NCBI RefSeq assembly: GCF_009914755.1
Contig: NC_060925.1
Length of the DNA stretch: 64,000 nucleotides
Direction: 5' to 3' (one strand)
Source: the human T2T-CHM13v2.0 reference genome, Homo sapiens
Shown here: in pieces, positions 36,660 to 48,451 of the stretch
Layout of the letters: every line of letters starts with the position of its first letter
How positions within the stretch are numbered: position 1 is the first letter of the stretch
Notes under the pieces: generated by a model
The model's database searches: none
What the model saw: the letters and a program-made list of their open reading frames with translations, nothing else
Told to the model about the DNA's origin: nothing
Made by a program: the position numbers and the translations under genes

Positions 36660-37718
36660 CCCATGATCTATTATGAAACAAAATATCAAGTTGTAGACCA
36701 ATAAATATAATGCAAATTTATTTTGTTAAAATGTTGCCATTTTAACAATATGTGTAGCTAGAAAACTACACTGTGCTTATTTGTAGCTAGAAAAGTGCCT
36801 AGAAGGATATCTAAAGGCTGTTTATCAAGACTGCCCCTGAGGAGGGGACTTGTTGGGTCACTATGGGAAAGCCTTTGCTTTTTGCTTCACAAATTATCTA
36901 TTTATTTTTTTTCTCCAGTGGGCACATACTACTTTCTAAATATATTCTCCTTCTGGAAATCCAAGTTCTTGTACAGGGGCCTTCTTCTTAAGAGGGAGAA
37001 GAGAAACAAGAGGTAGAGGAAGAGGAGAAGGAATTCTACCCAGAGGATCCACTATGGGGGTTCCAGTGTCTGCCAAGCTGGGCATCTGAATCTTTTCAGA
37101 GAAAGTGTCAGTTCCTAGTCAGTAAAATAAGCAATCGACGTAACTCTCAATGCCTTTGAACTACAAAGAAGAAATCAGATTTTGGCATGGGAAGAGGGGA
37201 CACCCTCTTTTCCAGTGGAGATGGGGGCCCCTCCCTTAGCTTCTGGCTGGTGGGTTTTCTCCTCTGTGCCTCTGCACTAAGCCCTGATGTCAGGATGCAG
37301 GTCCAGGGTTCATCTGAGCACTATTTGAATGTGTCTGTAGGCTTATCCCTGAATATCTAGGAATCACCAGCAGGGCTTGGTGCTATTCATGGTGGCCAGT
37401 ACGTCACGTGAAATCTCATCTCATCCCATCTCCTTCTTTTTCTCAGCCCTGAGTTGCCTCTAGGGAACAGGCTAGGGTGAGGCAGGCCGTAGGAGGAGAG
37501 GGTGTAAGGCAAGAGGATATGGCAGTTTCTGATGACAGATGGGAGAAGTGCACAATCAGTGGGCCCAGAGAAGCAAATGCGTAAAACCAACGAGGTTTTT
37601 TGCAGCTCTCAAAGCAAGCCTATTTTGGCTCCCTTCTCTTCTTCCTTCCATTTTCTCACCCTGTGTTTCAGAGCACTTAGTACCTTCTTATTTTCTTTCC
37701 TCTTTCTACCAAACCCAG

Positions 37719-37800
37719 CCAAGATTTGATCTCGCTGAGATAGTGAGATCGCTGTAACGTTTCTCTGTGGCCACAGACAGAAATTAAATAAATCCCTCAG
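37719..37800 (+). other. Candidate 82-nt exon
   Basis: Long polypyrimidine tract CTTCTTATTTTCTTTCCTCTTTCTACC, then AAACCCAG|; consensus donor CAG|GTGAGT; stops in all three frames. Confidence 0.4.
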
Positions 37801-37894
37801 GTGAGTTTCAGTTGTCCGTAAGTGTCTCCTCAGTAGCCCCTGATACAATATGCCCTTGCCTGATGAGGATGAAGTACAAAGTAGGAGGTGTTTT

Positions 37895-38090
37895 ATTTTA
37901 AAACTCATATTATCCTTCCCACAACCTCCTAAGTATACTATATTTGATTTCTCATTTTTAAAATGGTGAGACTGGGGTGAAAAAAATGAAGTAATGTGTG
38001 TAGGTGACACAATTGGCATGACAGATTTGAGGCTTGAAATCACCAGTCCGGCTGTAGATCTCCGTGCTTAGCTACCTGTGACACTGCTTC
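37895..38090 (-). mobile_element. MIR
   Basis: TCCTTCCCACAACCTCCTAAGTA...CTCATTTTTAAAATGGTGAGACTGGGG. Confidence 0.65.
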
Positions 38091-39201
38091 TCAGGGCTGT
38101 GGTCACATGTATCCAGAGCACAACCTCCCAAAATCACACATGAACCTCACTGGTGTTTTTAGAGCCAAGACATGTGATATGAATCAGAAAGAAATCGGGA
38201 CCAGATGAAATCAAGTGATTCCCCGATCAACGGGCAGAAAGACCCATTGCAAAGGTCTCATTAGACTGTTGAATATGCCACTGCAAGACTGTAGAGACAC
38301 AACTTGCTCAAGGGTAGGTGCAATCCCAACAGCAGTCAGAATTGAGTTCAGTCTTAAGGGACTAGGAGAAACCTCTTTCTCCTTTAGCCCAGTTCCATGC
38401 TGAATGTGTCATTCAGGGAACTGTTACTTTGCCTTACATAGGCTCCCACTTATCCTCAAATATGCACTTTATAGGCTGGACAGGACTAAGCCTGTGACCT
38501 GCATCTCTGTTTCCAGGGTCTCTTGCCCTTGGTGATTTCAGCCCATGAACTCTGGTTATTTTACTGTTGCAATACATTTAATGCTTCCTGAAAGCTGGTG
38601 GATCGAAAACTCCACATATACAGTGAATTTTTGCAAGTAAAATATTTTTACAATTTTCAACCCAATGGCAAAGGGATCAAATAGCACGGTTGCAGAGTAA
38701 AGCTGAACAAGGCTATAGGGCTTCGAAAAGCTATTTGCCTGCATTAAAATATTCCATTGTCCTGTGTCCTCTCCCCTACTGTGTTCACTTCTTAAATAAG
38801 AGACTTTGACTCTCCAGGCAGCCTGAATGAGGTTTATGGATGAGACTGATATTTAAGACTCTGGCAAAGCATGACCTTCGGCTCCCCAATAAGCAGCAAG
38901 GACAAATTGCAGTGCTTGGGACTTGAGAGTTTAATTCCCGCCAACTGTTTCTCTCCAGCCCATTATGCATGAGAAATGCAACTGGCTCAACTTCTGGTGC
39001 CCTGGTAATCCTGGGGTGCCTCCGAATCACAGACCCATAGAATGTTAGTGCTGGAGAGGGCCTTAGAGATCATCAGGTAAGTCCAACCTCCTCATTTTAC
39101 AGATGAGGAACCTCTCGTTAGGTGTATGTGCCTTGCAGGCTTGGCTGCTTTGCTCTGGCTTGCTCTCTCCAGGTAGATCCAGAGCAGGAAGGCTATGGAG
39201 T

Positions 39202-39570
39202 TGATATGGTTTGGCTGTGTCTCCACCCAAATCCCCTCTTGAATTGTAATCCCCACTTGTCGAGGGAGAGACCCTGTGGGAGGTGATTGGATCATGGGGG
39301 TGGTTTCCCCCATGCTGTTCTCATGATAATGAGTGAGTTCTCATAAGAGCTGATGGTTTTGTAAGCATCTGGCATTTCTGCTGCTTGCACTTCTGTCTCC
39401 TGCTGCCATGTGAAGAAGTTTCTGGCTTCCCTTTTGCCTTTTGCCATGATTGTAAGTTTCCTGAGGCCTCCCCAGGCATGTGGAACTGTGAGTCACTTAA
39501 ACCTCTTTCTTTTATAAATTACCCAGTCTTGGGTGGTATCTTTATAGCAGTGTGAGAATGGACTAATATA
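39202..39570 (+). mobile_element. THE1 (C/D-like) MaLR solo LTR
   Basis: TGATATGGTTTGGCTGTGTC...TTGTAAGTTTCCTGAGGCCTCCCCAG...GAATGGACTAATA; perfect TSD GGAGT (39197-39201 / 39571-39575); AP-1 site TGAGTCA at 39489-39495. Confidence 0.95.
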
Positions 39571-39904
39571 GGAGTCATTAGCATGCCTGCTAATGTGGAC
39601 AACATGGAAGTAGGGGAATGTCAGTAAGCACAGGCAGAAATTGCAGACTTGGGTTTCAATGATGTTGGATATGGACAAATTGTTTGCTACTATATAAATG
39701 AAGATGAGGATGCTGCTTTTGAGCTTTGTCCTTGAGAAGGTTCTTCATGAGTGCGGGAAAGGGAAATCTTTTTGTCTACCCTCGTTTTTCCTGTGTGGCA
39801 GAGGGATCTTGAAGTTTCCCCACATTTCCCCTACCCAGTGATGAATTACTAGCTCTCCAGTTTTTTTGACTTCCTCCTGCCAACTTGGAGCAAGACGTTG
39901 ACAT

Positions 39905-40085
39905 CTAATAGTTATTGAACCCTTATCATGTGTTGGGCACCATTCTGAGGGCTTCACATGTATTAGTTCATTGAATGCTTACAAAACTCTCATGATATAG
40001 GCATGAATATACATTCTATTTTATAGATGAGGAAACTGAAGCAAGAAAAGGCTAAATAGCCTAGGTCACACAGCTAAGTCACTGA
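39905..40085 (-). mobile_element. MIR
   Basis: TTATTGAACCCTTATCATGTG...TTTTATAGATGAGGAAACTGAAGC...AGGTCACACAGCTAAG. Confidence 0.8.
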
Positions 40086-40259
40086 AGTCCCAAGGAGGAG
40101 AAGAATACTTTAGCAAGAAGAGCTTCCAGGTTAGGGCTAAATGTCTCTAGAAAGCATGTGCTGGTGGTAAATTGAGATAAGTTTAACTGGAGAGGTCTCA
40201 CTGAAGCAGAATGCCCCTGTCCTACTCACATACACCACTTAAGATACTTTGCATACTAG

Positions 40260-40430
40260 AAATGACATGGACTTTAGGGTCAGAGATAGCTTCTAATTAT
40301 TGCTAGCTGCATGACCTTGCAAAAGATAACTGTCTCAGAGCTTCCATTTCCACATCTGTGAAACAGACATATCAATGGTGATGATGATTATGAGGGTGAT
40401 GAGAATGTGTACTTTGAAGAGTTGTCGTTA
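40260..40430 (+). mobile_element. MIR
   Basis: CATGGACTTTAGGGTCAGA...CTAGCTGCATGACCTTG...TTTCCACATCTGTGAAA. Confidence 0.7.
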
Positions 40431-43400
40431 AGATGTTGTCATGTAGGGCTGACAAGAGTGAGGATTTAATAAATGGTAATCTTCACTAGGAGGCCACCTT
40501 CTTTTTTTCTTGCCTCTTGTTTTCAGGTGGATGAATTTCCGTTGATGTAACCCTCCCAGCTTCTCTCTTCTCCGCTCACTCAGTAACTGAAGCACAAAAA
40601 AGTAGCTTGCTAGTATGTTAGTCACCCAGTTAGTAAGTGGGGAGCTAGAATATAAACCAGACAGTCTGGCTTCAGAGCCCACACAGTTTGATGCCTCACC
40701 ATGCTAACTCCCCAGAAGACAAAGTACACATGATATCAAATATCTTCTTTCTTATTGGCAGCAAGAAGCTCAAACCTCAGGCTCTTTGGAAAAGGCAGCC
40801 TGGAGAAATGGACTCAGAGCTGATGACTCAAACCACACTTTCTTCGAACTTGTTTTATATGCCCATCTTCTTCTCCATTCTGGAAGTGGGTGGCATAGCA
40901 TATAGACGGTGTCCATTCATCCCCAATTTGTCCAGAAGGATCTTCCTTTACACATGTTTTCTGTGTGTGACTATTAGGATCTCCCCCTTTCACTCTCAAA
41001 ATGCCTGAGTTTGGAGATAAATTGCATAATTGTTCTATGCATAGGCATGGGAAATGGTTGGGCAAGGGAGGGGCGCAGGTCATGGGCAAGGTTACTGGCA
41101 CAGTCTTCAAGGCAGAAAAAAAAAATCTGGGGCCAAATTCTTTTTTTTTTTTTTTGAGGACTAAGCTAGTTGGCGCCACAAGAAACTAAGACCACATGAC
41201 TTCTTGTAATCCAGGCTTCTTGAGCTTTGTCTTGGCTGAACTATCTTTGTTCTGGCTCTTGAATGAGTCTTGCTACTGTATTCTAAGGGCCATCAGAGCC
41301 CTAAATGACAGCTTAACAGCAGGCAGTTACCCCATGCTTCCTTCAACATGGTCAGGAGCCGCCCACAGGCAACCTGTTGCTGGTGACAGGGATAGGAAAC
41401 CTGAAGCAAGGAATGACCTATTTTGCCTGGGTCCTGGAGTTAAATTTACTGGCCTAATTGCCAGATGTAATTTCTCTGCACCTCTTTCTGTTAAGTACTC
41501 TTTAAGAGCAAAGCACTTAGTAAATTATAAGGAGGTACCAGCGTGAAAGTGCTTACAAATAAGAATTATGGAAAATCAGAAGCCAAATGCTCACAATAGC
41601 AATTTTTTTTTTCTTTAATCAGAAAAGGAATCCAAACCATACAGGAGGGGTGAAGTCTCTCAAGCAAGCGATAACATAAGCTGTTCATATATTTTAAGAT
41701 CTAATCTATCATTTAAAAATTATTTTATTACAGGGAAGTTTTATTAAAAATAGAGTCATGTTCCAATATCCCACTGTGTGCCCCAAGGGAAGCCAGATAA
41801 AGGGCAATAATAGAACTAATGGGAATTAACTTTATGGCATTAATCTACCAGGCTGAGAGAGCAAGAGGCACAAATTGGTAGATGGGGAAATTCAACTACC
41901 AATCAACCCATGCCACATGTGTTTGGTAGCTGTTTCTATGGGTTTTCATTTCAGGAAAGTGAGTTAGTCACACAGAAGATGGCATGTGACCTCAGCCACA
42001 ATGAAGGCAGAAAGAAACAAAACCCAGGCTTTCTGGAATCTTGGGTAATCCCACAGGAAGATGTTGAGTTTCTTAGAAACAGAGCGTGGAGGAGGAGCCA
42101 GCTATCTATCAAAGGGACTGTGAGTTTGCTGGCTCCACATCAGTCACCTCCTGGGGGCAGGACATCAAGCACAATTGGCACATATTTTTCCATGTCTCAC
42201 CATCACAGCTGGAATTGGTAGCATTGGGTTCATAAGAGGCTATGTTGGGAAAACCAGCAGACCAGGCATTTTTGAAAACCACAGCTTACATATATAAACA
42301 TGCCCAGCACAGTGTATAGAATACGAGAGCACAACAAATGTCAGCCCCTGTTTTCCTCTCCCTGTCCCACTGTGTCTCTAGAATAGCAAGATGATAGAAG
42401 ATGCGACTTCCATCATCAGATGGAGACAAGACTTTCTTGGGCTTTCTGGGAACTCGGTCCATCTTCCTAACTACATAGAGGTTTACAATTAATGCACATG
42501 GCTTGGGAAACTCACCTCTTTTGAGAATAAAATGTTTTCAAGCTCCTTTCTGTTTCTATCACCATCCACATGTGTCTCTAAGGCCCTTGTGACTAAGGCC
42601 ATGGCCACCAGCAAGCTGTAGACTGATTCAAGATGGAATGGACCTGAAAGCCTCTTGATTCTCAGAAGACAAGAGCTCCCTTCTTAGAAAGAAAAGAAAA
42701 AAGAAAAAAAGAGAAGAAAAGACTTTCTACTTTGGATAGTGGTTATGCTGGTAAATCCAACAGACAGCCCTAAGGAAGAAATGAGTCGCAGAGAATAAAC
42801 TCCATCTTCCTACCTAACAGGATTTCCTTATCGCAAATGGGAGATTCGTAAATGCAAGACTTAAAAGCCAAGAAATCTCTTTTTCTTGCCAACCGGGGAT
42901 TCCTTTCCCACATGCATTCCCAAAGTCTCAGCTGGTGCTGATTGTGTCCAGCAGCCTAAATCACAAGGAGGCTCTTAACAATATACAGGCTGCAGTTTGG
43001 ACAGGGTCACTATCTTTAGAGCAAAGTGTGCTGCCTCCCCCAGCTACAAGTCAGCTGTCCTTTCCTCATCTCCCTCAACCTCCAGCCCCAGGGAGAAATG
43101 CATTAGCAAAAGCCAGAGCAGGCAGGGTTGATTTGAAAGAGAATGCTATTTGCCTAATATTTCTTCTCTCCACATCATCAAAATTGGTCAGTTTCATAAT
43201 GCTCTATGTCCTTTACACATTGTCAGGTAAGATACATTGCAAATGTGTGTGGCTTAACAAATATATGGTAAATAAGCATTTTTCCTCTTCTTTCTATCGA
43301 TGAAAGATTCTACAGAAAGCTGAAGGAGGACAGAAAGCCACTTTGTAAAAATGATAGATACGGTATAAAACTCCATAGCTTAAACATCTAACTTGCTGAG

Positions 43401-44119
43401 TTTTAATGGGGTTGTCATCACCGGACTGTTAGCTTAACTTATGAAAATCAAGAAAATGCCTTTTTGTTGCTTCATAAATCCTGATGAACAATAGTCCGAC
43501 AACAGAAAACAACCTCTGATTTTGGAATGATTGCTCTCTGTGTATCGCCCGTAATGAAGTATGAAGGAAATCGAAGACTTATTGCTTACAGACATTAGCA
43601 CAGACTCAGATGGCTCAATTTTTTTTTACCATAATAGATAATTCTTAAATTATATGCCTAAAAAAGACAAATTCTAGAACTAACGGAAGGCATTTATTAT
43701 ATTAACAAGTGTGTTTTCGATTCCTTCAAAACAGAATGTAATTTAATCTCGGCTTCAGAGACAGATTGGAAATGTTAAATGTCTGCTTTTCAGAAGTGAT
43801 TTCTGCGGGGAGAAAAGTATTCACCATCAGCTTTAGCTGTGTAACTGGGGGAAAGGATGTTTATCTTAACAGCACACAAAGGGAGAAGTTGTGGAATTTT
43901 TTTCCATTTTCTTTTTCATTTTTTAAATATAGAGCAGATTGTATATATCCTAGTACTTACCCAGGGCAACTTCTGCCTTGCTGAATGTAACATATTCCAC
44001 TGTGAGAAAGAATAATTATCTGATAGTGACGGAGACCCTTCTTAGTGTTCTGTGCATATAAATGAAAACCTGAAACCTGCCCAGTGGTGTTCATTGTCTT
44101 ATTTGTTACTCCAGGGACT

Positions 44120-44480
44120 TGGCTGGGTGTGGCTAAGGTCTAGACTGGAGATTTGTGATTTTCTGGGGCTATCCAAAGGCCCCAGTTAATAATCGACCTG
44201 CAGAGGATGGTCAAAGCTGTAGAGGACTAGCATACAATGCCACGTGAGAAGAAGAATAGAGGGATCTGAGGCTGTTTGACTTGGAGAAGAAAGATAACCT
44301 TAGGGAAGGGAGAAGGGGTAGAAGAAGGTCATTGTAGGAGTTAGCTGTGAGTCTCATATAGAGGGGGGCAAGTGGCTCCAGAGGGCATACTGGGACCAAA
44401 GTCTATTTTCATAAGGGAGAATATTTTTATTCTATTTGAATAATGTCCTAATTCACCTTGCGGAGAGGAGGGTATCCAGG
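44120..44480 (+). mobile_element. L3/CR1 LINE fragment
   Basis: GGGATCTGAGGCTGTTTGACTTGGAGAAGAAA and GCTCCAGAGGGCATACTGGGACCAA resemble the L3 3' ORF region. Confidence 0.65.
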
Positions 44481-44961
44481 GTGCTGGATTCCATAAGAAG
44501 TTCAGGACTCGTGCCTAGGTACAGAATGAGGAAGATGGAGTCAAATGCGATTTGAAAGACAGGCAGTGTGTAGTGGGATGGACAGCAGGCAGTGGGACCC
44601 AGCAGGTGACTTCAGAAGGGAATCAGGGGACGCCGCATGCGAAGATTCTCATCTGATGGATACATTTGCAGGGCATGTTACAGAACACCTGAAGCCTCAC
44701 CTGTAGGTAGGAAGCAGTCAGTGTGCCTCCCCAGTTTGGGTGAGGGACTTGCTCATAGTGAGAGCTGTCAAAGAAGAGAACTGATGGTCTTGTAAAGAAG
44801 TAATTTCTCCGTATCTGCTCCTGTTCACATGGAAGCCAGTTGACTGTCTGCTGGGGATACTGTGTAGGGGATGCCAGGCTTGGGTGGGACACTTTTGGGG
44901 ATGACCTCTGAGGTCGTGCCAGTTCTAACTGGCATAAAAATGTCTTCCTTGTCACCATGAT

Positions 44962-45200
44962 TCATTCATTCAGCACTGATTTATTAAGCCTCTACTATGT
45001 CCCAGCCAAAGTACTAGGCACTGGGGACATGAGGGTGAACACACAGACATAAACCTGGCTCTCATGGCACCTACTGCCTTGTGCTGGTTGTTATGAAGAA
45101 GTGCAGGTGCTATGGAATGTATCGCAGGTATTTGGATATATTGTCTGATAGGATGAAGATGGACTTCCTGGAAGAGGAAATGTTGAGGGACAAAGAGAGA
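44962..45200 (-). mobile_element. L2 3' end
   Basis: TTCATTCATTCAGCA...ATTTATTAAGCCTCTACTATGTCCCAG...CTAGGCACTGGGGAC. Confidence 0.8.
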
Positions 45201-47602
45201 GAAAACGATACCTTTATGCAAGGAGAACAGAGTGAATGAAAACACGGAGGAAACAAAGGGCAAGTCCAAACTGTGGAATTACCCTTTAGCTTTAATGTCT
45301 GAACAAAACAAAATGTGGTAGTCAGGGAGAACATTATGGACTTATTTTCACAGCTTAATTGGTTACATTAAATTAAAAGTTGAGGTAGGGGAGGACAGAG
45401 AAAGAATACATGCCTTTTGATCCAGATTAAAGTGATCTGGTAGGGATTAAAAAATGGGGATTATCTCTTACCGGCAGGGTTTGGTTGAATAAAGCAGTGG
45501 AGTTTTGGGGGATAGGTTACAGGGGAATAGCATGAGCCTTCTGGGGCATGGTTGGAGGTATTTAGAGATATCAAGGCAAAAAAAATTGCACAAAGAGAGG
45601 TGAGAAACCTTCTTTCATGCCCTCAGCTGGTAAGAAGATAAACTTTCTTCACTTGAAGTGTTGTCCAGACCATAACTCAGTCCTGAGTGTCTCTCAGGCA
45701 CAAAAACCCTTAGTTTGGCCAACCTGCCTTCATGCTTTTATGCAGGGAGAGCCTGTGGTGTAAGTTAATTTGGGATTTTAGAAAGGGAAAAAAAACCCTC
45801 CATTCATTTTGCTTTCTTCCTATACTGTATAGCTTGCAAAGTATTTCACATATATCTGAAGAGGGTTTGGTCATCTTTGTTCAGTAGAGAGGAGTTGAGA
45901 TTCAGAAATGGGAAATGACTTACCTAAGGTTGCAGCTCCACTTGGAAGCAGTGCCACTACACTCCTGATCGGATGGTTCTTATTTTGGCATGTGGTTTCC
46001 ATTGCTGGGGCCTGAGAAATAATGTTGTTGTTGTTGTTGTTTTCCCAAGAAACACCTGCCCCCTCTAAAATGGAAATATGAAGGGTTAATGAAGGGACAG
46101 ACCCCAGGAGGCTGATATCCAGTACAGCTGCGTGTCCTTGGAGAAGCACAAGGACTTTCCTGAGTGAAAGAAAAGAGAGGGCCTACCTGTAACAATACCT
46201 CAGAATGGTTGGTAAGCATTTGCTCCTCTATTCTGGGTCTTTTCTTCTCTCTCTTTTTTTTTTTTTTTTATTGCATTGCTGTGGAGTTGAAACTGGCTGA
46301 ATCAGCACTGAATCATTTAGCAGGAAATGATGAAAACTGTCACTTTCCTCTGTCTGCATAGTAAGACACAGCAGAGAGAGCCCAAGATGACGGAGGGGCC
46401 GTCTGACAATGCCTCAGGCCTCAGATTGGATTGTGAATGGGAAGAGCCCATAGTCTAATCAGTAGTCATTCCCCCAGGTGGGTCACAGAGTGTGAATGTG
46501 AGGTTGTCCCTGCAGCAAGGACACCTAGTTTACAGACCCACAGAAACAGTGAAGTGAGGAGGCGAAAAGACAATCTGCGGGTCCACTGGGAAATCTTGCA
46601 CCAGAAGTTGAATATCTTAAATAATAGGGTAACCTGGACCCCATTTGGTGCTTATAGTAGCTGTGGGAAAGAGTGCCAGCCAAAGGGCTTATTGACAGGG
46701 AAGAGATTTTCTTGAATTCCCATAAATAACATGTAACCTTGCTGGAATGCCTTTTGCTATCTGCTCATTCAGCAGGGAGATGTGAGATGTTTTCACCATC
46801 CACTCATTTTAAAGTGCTTTCAGGATTTTTCATAAAATAACATGGCTTTGTAATGTTTGGCATGTTACTTTACCCTTTGAGCCTCAGTTTCCTCTTTTAT
46901 AAAATAGAGATGTTAAAACCTATAGCCATAGCATTATGTGGCTGAATAATGACATAATGAATGTGATGATACTTTGTAAAGTGCACATCATTATATTATT
47001 CAGAATGCAGAGTCCTTGGGGGCACTTCAGAGCCCTTACTCTAGCACTTATCATAAGCAAGCAAACACACAACTCTCCATCTCACCCCTCCTCGTCCCCA
47101 GCTTAATGGCTTTAATGCAACTATGGACATGACCACTGACCTATGTGCTCCAGTTGAGAAGTGGTATTAATGGGAATGAGACAGGCTCCCAAATCCTGAA
47201 TTGCTTCTGCTTTCTATTAAGCTAAGAGACTCTGTAGCTATGACTATGCATTATTCAGCATTCAAAAGAAAAGTATGCAACGTTCCTAACCATCCACATA
47301 TTTCTGATGGTCCAGTGTTTTGGTAAGATTTATATCACAATTTAGAAACAATGTTTCTGGAGTGAGGGAGGAAAGAACAATGGAAAGAGTGTTTGTTTGT
47401 TTGTTTTTGTAATTGGGCAAGGAGAGGTACAGTCCAGGTAGCTCCTAAGAAGAGATGGTGTAGTGTTAGGAAACATGGCAGGGCTGCTGGAAATACTGGG
47501 TGCTCAGTGGGCAATTATGTGATTGGAAGATTTAGCTGGAATGAAGTTACGTTTACTCACAATAATCATTCCAGGAAAGTTCTGCCCACCTACTTTTTCT
47601 GT

Positions 47603-48245
47603 CTCATTCATTATTTAACAAATATTTATCCAACTTCTACTATGTAAGAAATGTCTTTGAAAGATCTAGATGAACTCAGGATGATGACTTCAGTTAGGGT
47701 GGTGGCAATGGAAATAGAACAGAGACATATATTTGCCACTAATAAATAAGTTGGCATGGCTTGCCAATAGATGCAATATAGTTTGTAAGAAGAAAAAATA
47801 ATCCAAAGAGGGTTTCTGTATTTTTGGCTTAGAAAATGGATAAATGGAGGTAATCTTTACTTAGATGTAGGGGTTGGGGGAGGGACGGGGGAGCAATAGA
47901 TTTGGGTGGAAAAAGCAGAATCAAGAACTCTGCCCTGGGCATACTATATTTGAGATGCCTTTAAGCCATTCAAATGATATAACAAGTATATGCTTGGGTA
48001 TACAAGTTTGGAGCTCAGTTGGGAGCACAGTCACGGCCTTGGAACACAAATATGGCAATGATCGGCATTTTGATATTTAAATCCAAGGGACTAGATAGGA
48101 TCACTTAGGGAATGGATGTTGATAGAAAAGAGGACCCAAGGCTGTGACTGCAATATTTAGAAAGAGAAACCAGAAAAGAGGTTGGGAAGGAATGGCTAGT
48201 GAGGTGGGTGGAAAGCCAATGGAGCGTGGTGTCATGGAAAGGGAA
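47603..48245 (-). mobile_element. L2 fragments
   Basis: TTTAACAAATATTTAT...TTAGGGTGGTGGCAATGGAAATAGA...TTTGAGATGCCT...GTGGTGTCATGGAAA. Confidence 0.75.
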
Positions 48246-48451
48246 GTTATTCTAAATAATTCCTAAGGTCCCTCGCAGTGCAAGCTGTCTGTGATTCTTT
48301 TTTGGTTCCCTCTTTTATTTCTCTTATTTTTCCTACAGTTTATTTAAAAAGCAAACACAAATCTTTGATAAAAATTACATGAAAATCTTGTTCAAGAGAC
48401 AAAGCAAAATTTCACCTTTACCTTAGTGTATTATTGTTTTTTTAGCAAATC

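Larger units (their letters stand above)
34570..36950 (+). mobile_element. Old L1ME ORF2/3'UTR remnant hosting two LTRs
   Basis: AAAAGTACTAGAAGAAAATAT...ATGGGCAAAG...ACATCCTTTGACCC...ATTCTACTTTAAGGAA. An upstream piece lies at about 33290-33415. Confidence 0.7.

Noticed and set aside
36753-36794. 13-bp direct repeat TGTAGCTAGAAAA as the TSD of an insertion
   Set aside because: It encloses only 16 bp with no element features and is most likely a small local duplication in decayed L1 sequence.
42144-42158. CTCF site CACCTCCTGGGGGCA
   Set aside because: Several mismatches to the core motif; not supportable without ChIP data.
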